Assembly (NCBI GenBank): GCA_958009085.1
Contig: OY253687.1
Span: 1 to 64,000, forward strand
Reading direction: 5' to 3'
From: Protoeuglena noctilucae
Taxonomy: Eukaryota
DNA length: 64,000 nt
Shown here: positions 38,395-50,500 of the stretch, piece after piece
Numbering within the stretch: the first letter of the stretch is position 1
Layout of the letters: each line of letters begins with the position of its first letter
Position numbers and translations under genes: made by a program
The notes under the pieces: generated by a model
Told to the model about the DNA's origin: nothing
Databases searched by the model: none
Seen by the model: the letters and a program-made list of their open reading frames with translations, nothing else

Positions 38395-39532
38395 ATGGCC
38401 ACGACTGAAGTAGATATGTTGCACCCGTCTGGCGAGGGGTCCGTGTCCGCAGGATCGCTGGGTGAAGCAGAGGTGGGTGATGTTTGGATCGGCCCTCTTG
38501 CACGCATGATTGCCAGCCCTGCTGCGTCGTAGTTCAACGCGACACGAACCTTTTATGTCTCCAATTCAGAGGACCGCGGCTGGGCCCGTGGTTTGGTACC
38601 CCGAGGGGCCGGAGGGAGACGGCTACTAGGACGTCGTGATTGATGTCGTCAACGCGTCGGGCGCCGTGGCCCTGCGCATCCCCTGCCACCACAACATCGT
38701 GTGCCGGGCGTCGGCGGTGCTGTGCGACCAGGACAGGCAGACGGACAGCGTGGTGGAGGGGCGGAAGCGGCTGGTGATGGCGGGGGACGACCCGAACGAC
38801 GCGCGGCGCATGGTGGCGGAGATCTACCGGCAGTGCGGGCCGGGGCGCGACCAGGTTTTGGTCAAGGAACGAGCAGAGTTTACACTGTCGATCATTCCAG
38901 GAACTCAGCCGCCCTCCACGCTGCTGGAGGCGTACAGGCGGGTGTATGAGCGGGTGTATGAGCGGTGGGGCCACAGCCGTCACCTGCGTGACAAATACGA
39001 CGTCAAGCTGTCATATGTGGAGGTGGACGACCTGGTCGCCGCTTATGGGAGGTACGGCGGGGCGTCATTTGTCGGCAAAGAGGCCATCACCCGTGCCCAA
39101 GCCGACGTCGTCAGCTGGGTGGCGCAGACGATCATGGTGCAGGGCTTGCCGGAGATCCTGAGCGGGGAATCTTTATCGACAAAAGTGGTGGCCATCATAT
39201 CAGACCCCTCCGCTGCGTACGTCCTGACTCAAGGATCCCGGGGTTTCCAGGGCGACCTGGAACGTGCTGCGGCGTTCACCACGAAGGTGCTGTCCGCGCA
39301 GTCCGCCGGAACGAAGGCCAAGGCGACGAACGCGTGCAACGATGCGGTGGCGGCCCTGCAGGGCCATGCAGAGCTGAAGCGAATCTGCGACAGGTGCCGC
39401 CATGTCATGGAGGGCATGAACTGCGGCTGCGCAGGATACTTGCAGCCAAACCACAACCACCACGCTCTTGTCGTCCCCCTCTCGGCCGCTGTGAATATCG
39501 TCAACGCCATCGACACCAAGGTGGCGAGTTAG
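38395..39532 (+). pseudogene. BTB/POZ-like tandem copy 3 with a premature TAG
   Basis: GGC TAC TAG GAC (TAG at 38627-38629) aligns to GGC TAC/TAT GAG GAC (GYED) in copies 1 and 2. The reading frame is open for about 300 codons after the stop. Start approximate. Confidence 0.65.
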
Positions 39533-39869
39533 CGCTGCTTGAATGACGCTGTGACACTTGCTGTGTTTATTGTGGCTCTGCGAATGACCCAGCGCCACGC
39601 TCTTGAATTTCAATCGCGCAGTGCTTCCCAAAACAGGCTCAGCGAGCATGTCACTTGCACGCGCACACAAAGCACAAAGCACATAGCACTGCTGGAGTCG
39701 ATTTAAACTCATTCCCGCACCGCTCTGTTGCTCCATCACACATGCGGACGCCCCAAAAGTCACCCAACCCCACAAACACCACCCAGCCTCGCACGCCCGG
39801 CGACCCCCCACCCGACACCGCAAAGCCTGAAGAGTGAAGCAACTGGCATCTCTGCCTTTGCAGATTCCC

Positions 39870-42800
39870 TTAGCTGCAGAAGTACCTGTCCCCGAACTCC
39901 CCCACCCCGGGCACCAGCAGCCCCCGCTCGTCCACTCCCTCATCAATTTCCGTCGTAATCACCGTCACCTGCAGGCGATGATGATTGTGGTTAAGTCTTC
40001 TTAGCAGTAACGGGTTCTGTGACGGGTCATACGTGTCATGCGGTGTGCCCTCGTTATTGCTTACTGGTAATTGTTTTGTACCCGAGAGCTCCCCATTGGC
40101 GTCGCGTCGGTGTTTGTTGTTGCATGGCCTGCCCCGTCGCTACCCTGTCCTCCTCAAAAGTCACCTTGGGGTACTTGGAGCAAATCTTGGCGATTCCCTG
40201 GGGCGCGCAGATGAGGGTGAGGAAGAGCAGCCGGTCCTGGGGCACCCCCTTGGACAACAGCACGTCGATGGCCTTGTCAGCAGAGTTGCCCGTCGCCAAA
40301 ATCGGGTCCAGCAGCAGCACGTGGCGGTCGGCGATGTCCGCGGGGAGCTTCTCGTACACTGCGAGAGGTGTGGGTGGTGGTGGGTGAGTGGGGTGGGAAG
40401 AGCAGAAAGCTTCTCGTACACTGCAGAAGGGGCGGGTGGTGGGTCATGGGTAAGGCACCCTACTATGGCGGTGACAAGAGCAGATAGCTTCTCGTACCCT
40501 GCGGATGCCGTGACCGTGTCTCTAAGTCATTCATCATCAAGTCCATGCACCACCACGCCCCTCTCACCCATGGGCGGCGTCTCTAGGCTGTCCATGTCGC
40601 AGGCCGCCCTGTGGATAAGGATCTTCCCGATCTTGATGCCCTTGCAGCACGCGCGCACCGCCTGCTCCATGGCCTCCCCGGAACTGCAAAATGGGAGTGG
40701 GAGCATCATGGTGTCAGCGCAGGGGCATCAAAGCACAGCATCAAAGCAGGCAAAGTCACAGTATCAGCGCTTCCATCGATAAACAGTGATGACTATAATC
40801 AAGCATGTGCCCTCTAACCACCCTCACCGTATGAGTGACATGGCGCACCGCGTTGCAATCACAGACACATCAGCCACAATGCACCACTTGCTCCATCACC
40901 CTTCTTTCACCGAAAGAGTGACACGGCGCACAGCATTGCAATGTTACATCCTAACCCACACCTTCTCTGAATCTCACCGGATGAGCGACACGGCGCACAG
41001 CTTGCGTGAGAAGTCCACCCCCGTGTACGGCTTCCCCGGCGGTGTCTCCACGGTCTTCTCCTTAAAGGGCAGCAGGCCCAGGCCGGCCTCGACCAGCAGG
41101 CGGATCAGACTGGGGGGGTGGCAGTGAGGGTGGCAGTGGGGGTGGCAGTGGGGGTGGCAGATGGGGTGGCAGTGGGGGTGGCAGTGGGGGTGGCAGAGAG
41201 GGTGAGGGTGGCAGTGAGGGTGGCAGAGAGGGTGAGGGTGGCAGTGAGGGTGGCAGTGAGGGTGAGGGTGAGGGTGGCAGCGAGGGTGAGGGTGATGGTG
41301 AGGGTGAGGGTGAGGGTGAGGGTGGCAGTGAGGGCGTTAGACGACAAAGTCATTACCCTTGCACTATACCACACTATCGCTGTACTTCCTGCTGACGCAT
41401 GTTACTTGTACATCGCGTACTATTGAAAGCCACTCACCGGTCTGCGTAGAAGATGAAGTCGTTGCGCGAGGTCTCCTTGTCGCGTATGATGGTGTGCATG
41501 CCGCGTATCTGCTTGTTGCTGGGCACGATCTGCAGGTTGGGGAACACCCTCTGCAGGTACGGCATGTCGATCTTGGACCTGAGATGCAAGGGGAGGAGAG
41601 GGAGTGGGTGATGCTGTGACACTACTCTGTGCAGGTGGGGCATGGGATGGGTGCAAGAGCGGTGCGAGGGGTGGGGCAGCAAACGTGCGGGGTTGCATGG
41701 GGATGGGGATGGGGATGGTCGTCCATACCAACCCCTGCTGTCATCACTTAGTTACCGATACCCCCTCCATCTACCACCCTCCCATCTCCTCACCGTATGT
41801 GCTGCACGATAAGGTCGATGGCCACATAGTTGTCCCCACGTGCCCATGGAATGATGGCCACGTATTTGTCACCTCATCACCCATTCCATCCACCATTACC
41901 CCCTTAATCCTCTCACCGGATGTGCTGCACGATGAGGTCGATGGCCACATAGTTGTCCCCACGTGCCCATGGAATGATGATGTCCGCGTGGCGACGGGAT
42001 GGGGCCACGAACTGATCGAAAGCGGGCTTCACGAACCTCGTGTACTGCTCAATCACGCCCACCACATCCCTGCCACGCTCGGCCACGTCGCGCTGGATGC
42101 GGCGAGCCAGGCGGACGTCGTCGTCTGGGTGGAGTGGTGGGGGGGTGTTGAGGATAGTGAGGGTGGGAGTGGGGGTGGTTGAAAGGGTGGCAGTGGGGGT
42201 GCAGTGGGGGTGGCAGTGGGGGTGGTGGCAGTGGAGATAACAACAGTTCTCTTGTCTATCTATCGCATCCATAACCTCCCCTTCGCTCTCCACCACGCAC
42301 ACCCCCCCTCACCGGTGTCCACGAATATCTTCATGTTGAGCATCTCGCGTATGCGCTTCATGTGCAGCACCAATATTCCCTCGATCACCACCACGTCCGC
42401 CAGCTGCACTTTATCCGTCCGGTCGCTGCGCTGGTGCTTGGAAAAGTCATAGACGGGCACGTCCACATCCCGACCCTCCCTCAGTGCAGTCAGTGTGTCG
42501 ATGATGGCCTCCTCGTCAAAGGCGCTGGGGTGGTCGAAGTTGTAGTTCTTCACGTTGCGCATCTCCTCCTGCGAAAGAGAAGGGAGATGACGGGGATGTT
42601 GTATGTACCATGTTTGTGGTGGAGCACACAGCGGTGCACAATGTGCTGTGGGTGAGGGTAGCCATACCAACCCAGCACAGCAAGTCAGATGGATGCAAAC
42701 AAGGTGGCACGTTGACCGCTGACCTACCATTACCTCGCCCCACGTCACCTCCGCACCCACTCCACCACTGCGCCTTGCACCCACGACCCCCACCCACCCT

Positions 42801-43604
42801 ACACCCCCTGTCACTACTACCATCCTCATCCCAGCGCCCCCGCAACCGCAGTCACCTCGGTGAGTCCCCGATAGAAGCTGTCCTGCGATATGAGCACCGC
42901 GCACTGCTCGCTCAGCCGCTGCATGATGCTGTCGCACACAGTGGTCTTGCCGGACGCCGTGCCGCCCGCCACGCCGATGAAGAAAGGCTGCCGGCCGGAG
43001 TTGAAATTCAGTGCGCGACGGCCCTGCGGACGCGCAGGTGGGTGAGGGAGGTGAGCGGGGGGGCAGGAGAGCGAAGGGCAGGGCGCAAAGAGGCGCTGCG
43101 GCTGTGGCACGCACTGCTAGAGCAAGTTACAGTCGATGTTTCTATTGCGGCTACTCGGTAACGATACCCAATAATCAAAGAGCGCAAGCGAAGGCCGCAG
43201 GATGGGGGCGGCGGCGCGCGGTGGGAGCGCAAGGCCGCAGCCGTTGCCGTGGCGGCTCACCCGGACCAGCGCCTTCTCGACGCTCGATGAGATGCGCGAT
43301 GCCGACCTCTCCGATGTAGACAGATGTGTTGGCGGATTGTCATCGTGGACCCGGCGCTGCGGGAGGGAGCCGGCGACGAGGGTCGGGCGCCAACTCAGGC
43401 ACGCGCGCGTGGCGCGTCGCGCGAACGTCCGACCGCGCCCGCGCGCGGACGCTTTGTTTTCGCAACAAGCAAGCGATTGCAATTGCCCGCAGCTGCGCCA
43501 CCGCAGCGCACCGGGACGGGCATGGGTCGGTACTGGTTGTGATAGGCGGGAGGCGTGCTGGCGTAGACGGCGGGGTCCGGCGACCTCGAGAATATCTCAT
43601 CCAT
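39870..43604 (-). CDS. Uridine kinase / uracil phosphoribosyltransferase fusion (UKL family)
   Basis: [99 protein letters not shown] at 39870-39872. Confidence 0.96.
41111..41335 (+). repeat. Intronic hexamer array (GTGAGG/GTGGCA)n
   Basis: Mixed gtgagg, gtggca and gtgggg units in the 3' part of a UKL intron; reads CCCTCA/CTGCCA on the sense strand. Confidence 0.9.
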
Positions 43605-44030
43605 GCTCCCCGTCGACTGGCGCGGCGGCGTGCCGGGCGGGTCGTCCGTCCGGTCGCTCCGCCCGGACATGGGCCAGGGTGGTGTCGTGGCTGCGGGCGG
43701 GCGGACGCGGATCGGGGGCGCGACGGGTGCGGTTTGCAGCTGCGATTCGTCACATGGTGCGTCCCGATGCCGAGCTGGGCTCTATCCGCTCGCAGGTTGC
43801 GACAACTGGCGTCCCACTGGCGCGTCGCTCCTGGTCGTTCAATCGATTCACTGCCGCGTCCACATATTGGGTCAACTCGATCCGCCGAGTCACACGCTTA
43901 GCAGCACTGCTGCTTCTTGGTGCATGCTGCCCATCCTTGACATAGGTGAAGCAACTGCAGTGCTGCTGAGAGGCTGCCCCAGTTTGTCACAGTGTCTCCC
44001 TCACTGCAGCCGCGTCAAGCTGCCACCCCA

Positions 44031-47000
44031 TCACTGCGGCCTGTAGTAGGTCGTCTTGACGAAGGGCATCTTGGTCACCGTGGCCGAGTTGGACTGCAAT
44101 GAGGGAAAGGGAGAAGGGGAGTGATGGTGAGGGGACATGAACGTGTGGTGCAGTCGAGGAGGGGAGAGTGACTGCAGCGCAATGTGAAGAAAGCGAGCAG
44201 CAGTACATGGTATCCACTGTCACCCTCCCTGACCACCTCCACTGTCACTCTCTCTGCCATCCTCACCACCACCTCGCACCCCCACCCGCCACCACCCTCT
44301 CTGCCCCTCTCACCTTCCCCCGCACCACCACCTGCACCTCCGTCCCCACCCATTGATACCCCCACTACCCCTCACCTTCCCCCGCACCACCACCTGCACC
44401 TCCGTCCCCGCCTTGGCGAAGTCCTTGTGGACGTACCCCATGGCGATGTTCTGCTTAAGCGTGGGGGAGAAGGCACCGGACGTCACCTCGCCAATCTGCG
44501 AGATAGGAGGAGAGGAGGAGGGGAGGGTAAAGGGGTGTGGGTGGGGATCGAACCGAGACGGCATACCCATCCCAGAGCACCCGCTTGCAATGCAATAGAG
44601 CATCCAGCATTTAGCCCCAATAACATCCAGCACCCATTGGCAATCGCAGTTACTCTCAGTACACCCACTCTCGCATCCGCAACCCCCATGCACACCCCCC
44701 CCCCACCACTCGCCTCCTTCCCGCTGCCGTCCGCGATGACGGCGTGCGACCGTGCGGGTGCCCCCTTCCCCACCACCAGCCCCACGCGCCGCTTGGCCAC
44801 CCCCTTGTCGACCTGGTCCCTCAGCACGCTGCCCCCCAGCATCGAGAAGGCGTCGCGGCGAGCCTTGCCCACCGTCCACGTCAGGCCGGCCTCGACTGGG
44901 GGTGGGGGGATGAGAAATGTGGGGTACTACATGAGATCGGGTGTCAGATGAGATGACGTGAATGGATTGGGGTGTATGGTGTGGGGTGCTGTGCATCGCG
45001 TGCGGTGTGCGGGAGGTGCGGTGAGGGTCGGTGCGTAATGTGCTCCTCCAGGTCGTTCCCATACTCTGATAGTAACTATCACAGTAACAAGCACATCCAT
45101 CACATCCACTCACTGGGCGTGATGTGCTCCTCCAGGTCGTTCCCGTACAGGGGCAGCCCCGCCTCCAGCCTCAGGGCGTCCCGGGCACCCAGCCCCGCCA
45201 GGCGCACGCGGCTGTCGCTGGTCAGGACCGATGCGAGGGACTCGGTGTTCTTGAGGGGGACGGAGATCTCGAAGCCGTCCTCGCCTGCAAAGAGGGGAAG
45301 GGGTGATGGTGATGGTGAGAGATGGGAGGTGGCAGGAGATCTCAAAGCCGTCCTCACCTGCAAGGATGTGATGTGGGGGAGGGAGGTGGTGAGGGATGGG
45401 ATGGGATGGGATGGGGTCTGACATGTGCTGCATACTGGGGAGATGACAGGCCATGAGCAGCCATGCGATGATGCATGTCGCGTGTACCTACCACCTGCAC
45501 CCTTTCTTATCCCCCCTCACCCGTGTACCCCGTGCGCGTGAGGTAGCAGTGCGCCCCGTTGATGTCCACCTTGGCGAAGTTGCTGAAGTAGAACTTGGAA
45601 AGGTCCATCTTCACGTGCTTCTGAAGGGCATCGGCGGCAGCCGGGCCCTGGAGGGCTGCGGGGGGGGGGGGGGGGTGTCGGGGTTTCGCATAGTTTGCAC
45701 ACACACACTATGGTACACGTGAAAGCCGCACGCCCCGCCACCACCATTGCGACTCCACCTCACCACTTTTAGCAACATTTCCCACCACGCCACACCATTC
45801 CACCACCACTCTACCATCCCTCTACCGCTCTCACCCAGCAGCCCCCTGTCCCTGTGCTCGGTGAGCGTGACGTCCTTGCCGCTCTTGCGGAAAGGCTCCA
45901 GGTACTTGCGGATGTGGGCCAGGTCCTTGTCAGCGCACCCAGCGTTCAACACCAGGTAGACCTCCGTGGGAGAGACCTTGGCGAGCACTGCGGGGGTGGG
46001 GTTTGAGGTAGGGTGGTGAGGGTGTGGCGGTGAGCAATGGAGGTGATGAGTTGGTGACCGCTGGGGGTGTGTGGAGACTGTTGTTGTTGAGGGGAGAGTG
46101 AGAGATAGACGGTGCCAACAGATTTTACGCGCGACGATCGGTCATGTGCTGCACAGGGTGGGCAGTCCCTGAAGGCTCTGCACCCTGCGATGGTCACCGG
46201 TGTCGTCGACGATGCCGCCCTTCTCGTTGGTGAAGAGCGAGTAGCACCCCGTGTTGTCGGCGAGGCCCTTCACGTCCGCGACGACCATCTTCTCCACGAA
46301 CTCGACGGCATCCTTGCCGGAGAAGGTCACCCCGAGCATGTGAGAGACGTCGAACAGCGACGCGTGGGACCTGCGAGGGAGCCCCGTCAAGGCTCTGAGT
46401 GACGACAGTTGATGTCAAACGCAAGAGCGGAACAGTACAAGCCACTGGGCAGCATCAAAGGCGGCGGCGCGGGGCTGGCGAGCGGGATGGTGTGGGCGCA
46501 GGCACAACATGCCTCGCGCGCGTCGCGCTCAACCAAGCTGTGAACAGCACGGGACCCGCAACGGATCGAGGATGTCATGCACAGTTGGCGGGCGACTGTC
46601 CGCGCGGCCGCGCCAGCCGGCGGGGCCAGCATTGGGCGCGGATCGAGCGGTTACGAGGGCGGGGGACTCCCGGCGCCCCGGGCGCGGGAGCGGGTGCGGC
46701 ACTTGCGCGATCGCGAGCTTGTGACGCAGCGATCGAACATTTCAAGCTCCTCCGGTCCCTGCTCGCCTGCAGTGGAGCGTCGAGTCCATGATGGAGTCGC
46801 CGTACTGCACCGGCATCGACCAGCCGGCGAAGGGCACCATCTTGCCGCCGTGCTGCACGTGGAAGTTGTACAGGACGGTCTTCTTCAGGTCCGCGTCGGC
46901 ATCGGACGCGAAGCCCCGCGAGGATCCGAGGGCCGCTCTGCCGAGCGTAGTAGGCCCCACCCACGCCCCGAGGATCGCGGGGCCGGAGAGGTGGACCCCA

Positions 47001-47050
47001 GCCCTGGAGGACGCCAGGCGCGCCAGGATGCCAACGGCGTGGCGCGACAT
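44031..47050 (-). CDS. gcvT: Mitochondrial glycine cleavage system T protein (aminomethyltransferase)
   Basis: [88 protein letters not shown]; mitochondrial-type presequence. Confidence 0.97.
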
Positions 47051-47560
47051 CTTCCCGGTTCAAAATGCAGGAGCGCGGACCGCGAGAGGCGCGATGGGGG
47101 ACCCTCGGGGGCGATGCGTCGTCCGGAGCGGCTGATTGGCCGCGTTGCGATGTGGGGCGGGGCAGGCGCCCCGCGTGTCCTCGAGCCGGCTGCGAACGTG
47201 CTGGGCTGGCAGTTGCAGCACAGGGCGCGGCGACAGCGCATGCGACAAACAAGGCAAGATTCGTGTACAATGCGTCAAGCCTGCATCGGTTGGCCTGTTT
47301 GCCGTGCGCCATCGAGCGCTGAGATGGCGCATTGAGCGTTTGTCATCGTTGCTGCGAAAATGCCGCGAGGGTGCCCCAGCCGCGTGTGCGCGTTATGCAG
47401 GAGCCATGCCTCGCTCGGGAGGATGGCCCGCGGTTTCGCGGAACGGCCCTCCCGGGACCCCAGGGCCACACCAAGCGCTGCGGTGCGTGGAGGCCCCCCA
47501 CCGGTTCCCTGCCTGCGTCGATGTCCGATATCTTGGTCTGACTGCGATGGGAGCGATTGC

Positions 47561-50500
47561 ATGCGTCTACCGCGAACGGGTCACGCCCGCGCGCAGTCCC
47601 TGCGCCCGCGCACTCCTGCCCACACGCGCTCGCGGTTGCCGGGCTCCCGGACGCTGCCGCTTGGGTCCGGAGGCTTGCGCGCGTTCGATGGGCCTCCGTG
47701 TTTGGATACTCCATCGATCGCGCGTTCCCCGACAACCTGTGCGCTGCGCGGCTCGACGCCGGGGGCAATGAACGCGGCTGCTCGCTCCCCGCGTCCCGCA
47801 GCTTGCGCCCCGATCGCGCCGCCCTCGGCCGCCGTGCTCACCATTGCTCGAAATCACTGTCCGCAGTATCCGGGATCCAGGGGACCGGGAGCCGTGCCCC
47901 CCGCGCCGCCGCCCCCGTCCCCAGCCATCGCCAGCCTCATCGAACGAATTCGCGCGCAGCAGGCCAAGTCGGCCTCCGCTGGGCGCGGGACGCAGACTCC
48001 GGGACCTAAGGAACCTGCGCGCGGTGGCCCCACCATCGCGCCCATCGCCCCGCGGGTGAGGAAGGATGTTGTCTTGTGTCACCCCTCGCTCTGGCATCCT
48101 CATGCACTCCCCGCCCGCCACTCCGCCGCTCTTCCGCGCCCGCAGCGCTCGCCGAGTGATATCGCGGCTGGCGCGGCCGCCGCCCGGCGCATCCTGGGCC
48201 CCAATCCCCGGGCAGGGGCGTCGCCCCAGAGTGACACCCCGCCTTCGCCTACCCCAGCCGCCCCCGTGAACTCTGTGGCTGCTCTGTGGGAGCGTGCGAT
48301 GGCTGCGAAGGAGCGGAGGGAGCAGCGGGATCGGTTACTGGGGGAGCGCATCCGGGCAAAGATGCAGGGCGCGAGGGAGGGGGGCGCGGTGAGGGGGTTG
48401 GGTTGGGTTGAGTGGGGGCTGGGTTGTGGGGCGGTGTGGCGACTACTATTGCAGTGCCGTGTAGTAATGACTCTCTTTTAGCTACACGTCACTGTCTCAC
48501 GGACTGCCTCTCCATGTTTCTTTCTCAGTTGGGTTCGAGGCCAACACGGCTGCCATCGGAGGAAGCGAGGGAGAGGCTGCTGAAGCTGCACGGGGAGATG
48601 ATGGGGGTGGCGGGGGGTGGGAGTGGGGGGGGTCAGAGGGTGGCGGCGGGGGCGGTGGGGGCAGGGTTGGAGGAGGGGGGCGAGGAGGAGGGGGTTGCTG
48701 ACGGTGAGTGCGTGTGGCTAAGTGGGGAGTTGGGAATTGTGCGAAGAGTGGCAGGTCGCAGTGGCTTGGTTGCTTCCCTCATCGTTGTTGCATCATACAT
48801 AACCTCTCACATACATGATGTTGCGCGCAGAGGTCGTTGCAGTGGACAGCCCTGCGTTAGATGTGGCCTTTGACGATGCCCCGGGGCCGGTGGGGTGGGG
48901 CGATGGGGGGGTGCGGGAGGGCCGCAGGCGTCGTGGCAGTGGCGCATCAAAGGCCAAGGATCGAGTCGATAAGGCATCCAAGGGAGGGGCTGATGATATG
49001 AATGGACGTGCGGATAAGTCCACAGACGCTATGCCCGTGCGGCGTGGGCAGCTGCGACGGGGCATGACGGTGCGTGAGTTGGGGTCGTTGGTCGGGTGGG
49101 CGATGGGGCGGGTGGTGGAGGTGGCGGGGGGCATGGGGGAGGCGGTGATGGGGGAGGAGGACCCTCTGAGCTTGGAGTGCCAGGAGTTGGTGATGCTGGA
49201 AGCCGGGGTGGAGGTGAGGAAATTGCCCGGGTGTGTGTGGGTGTGGGTGTGTGATGATGGCAGAGTGGGTGATGCTGGAAGGGGGGTTGGGATGAGTGAA
49301 TGTGTATTTTTACATCGTAGCCGCACCTCTCACTCACCTCAACCCCCTCCCGACCCCCTAACCCCCCACCTGCACCCCTCACCCCTCACCCCCCGTACCC
49401 CCCCCTCCCCCCCCCAGCCCCTCCCCCCCGTCACCGACGCCGCCGCCTCGCATCCCCGCCCGCCCGTCGTCACCGTGATGGGTCACGTAGACCACGGCAA
49501 GACGAGTTTGCTGGATGCACTGCGTAAGACGAGCGTGGCGGCTGGGGAGGCGGGGGGCATTACCCAGCACGTGGGTGCGTTCGCGACGAGGCTCCCCAGC
49601 AGCGGCAAGTCGATTACGTTTCTCGATACGCCCGGCCACGAAGCGTTTGGGAATCTGAGGAGGAGGGGGGCGGCCGTGGGGGACGTGGTGGTGCTGGCGG
49701 TGGCAGCTGACGACGGGGTCATGCCGCAGGTGATATGAGAGATAGTATATACAAATATATCGGCTGGATGGATAGTAGATGATGGGTTGTGAGTGGTGAT
49801 GGGGACGTGGTGGTGCTGGCGGTGGCGGCGGACGACGGGGTCATGCCGCAGGTGCGATGTGGGGGATGTGTTGAGAAATGGATTCGTGGGTAACATGTAA
49901 TCGATCCAACAATAAACAGATAGTCGACCTTACAGTTTCTATCATTGTATTCCCTCAGACCCGCGAGAGCATCCGACTGGCCAAGGAGCTGGGGTGCGCC
50001 GTCATCGTCGCCATCACCAAGGTGAGGGGGGCGGTGGGGAGTATGCACATTGCTTATCATTGATAAGCAATGAGTGCTTATGGTATCTCGTGATTCTGTC
50101 ATCTCATCCATTCTCTCTCGTGACATCTCTCAAAGCATAGCATCTCCTCACAACGGTCCACCTCCCCTCAGGTGGACATCCCAGGCTCTGACCCGGCCAG
50201 GGTAGCATAACATGATATATATAATTATTATATGTAATATATAATAACAACTGTCGACTCCCCACACCCCCATCTCTTGCAGGTGGACGTGCCAGGCGCG
50301 GACCCCACCAAAGTAGCAGAGGAGCTAGCGGGCGAGGGGGTGGTATTGGACACATTAGGCGGGGACGTGTTGTCTGTCGAGACAGCCGCACCATCTGGGA
50401 AAGGGATCGCTGAGTTGGAGGAGGCAGTGGTGATGCAGGCAGAGACGATGGGACTGAGGGCCAGGAGGGAGGGGGGGGCCGTGGGCACGGTGGTGAGCTG

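Noticed and set aside
38627..38629. TAG reassigned to Glu/Gln (alternative genetic code)
   Set aside because: TAG and TAA appear to end other genes here (8893, 32881, 39532, 39870), and I saw no in-frame stops in conserved exons.
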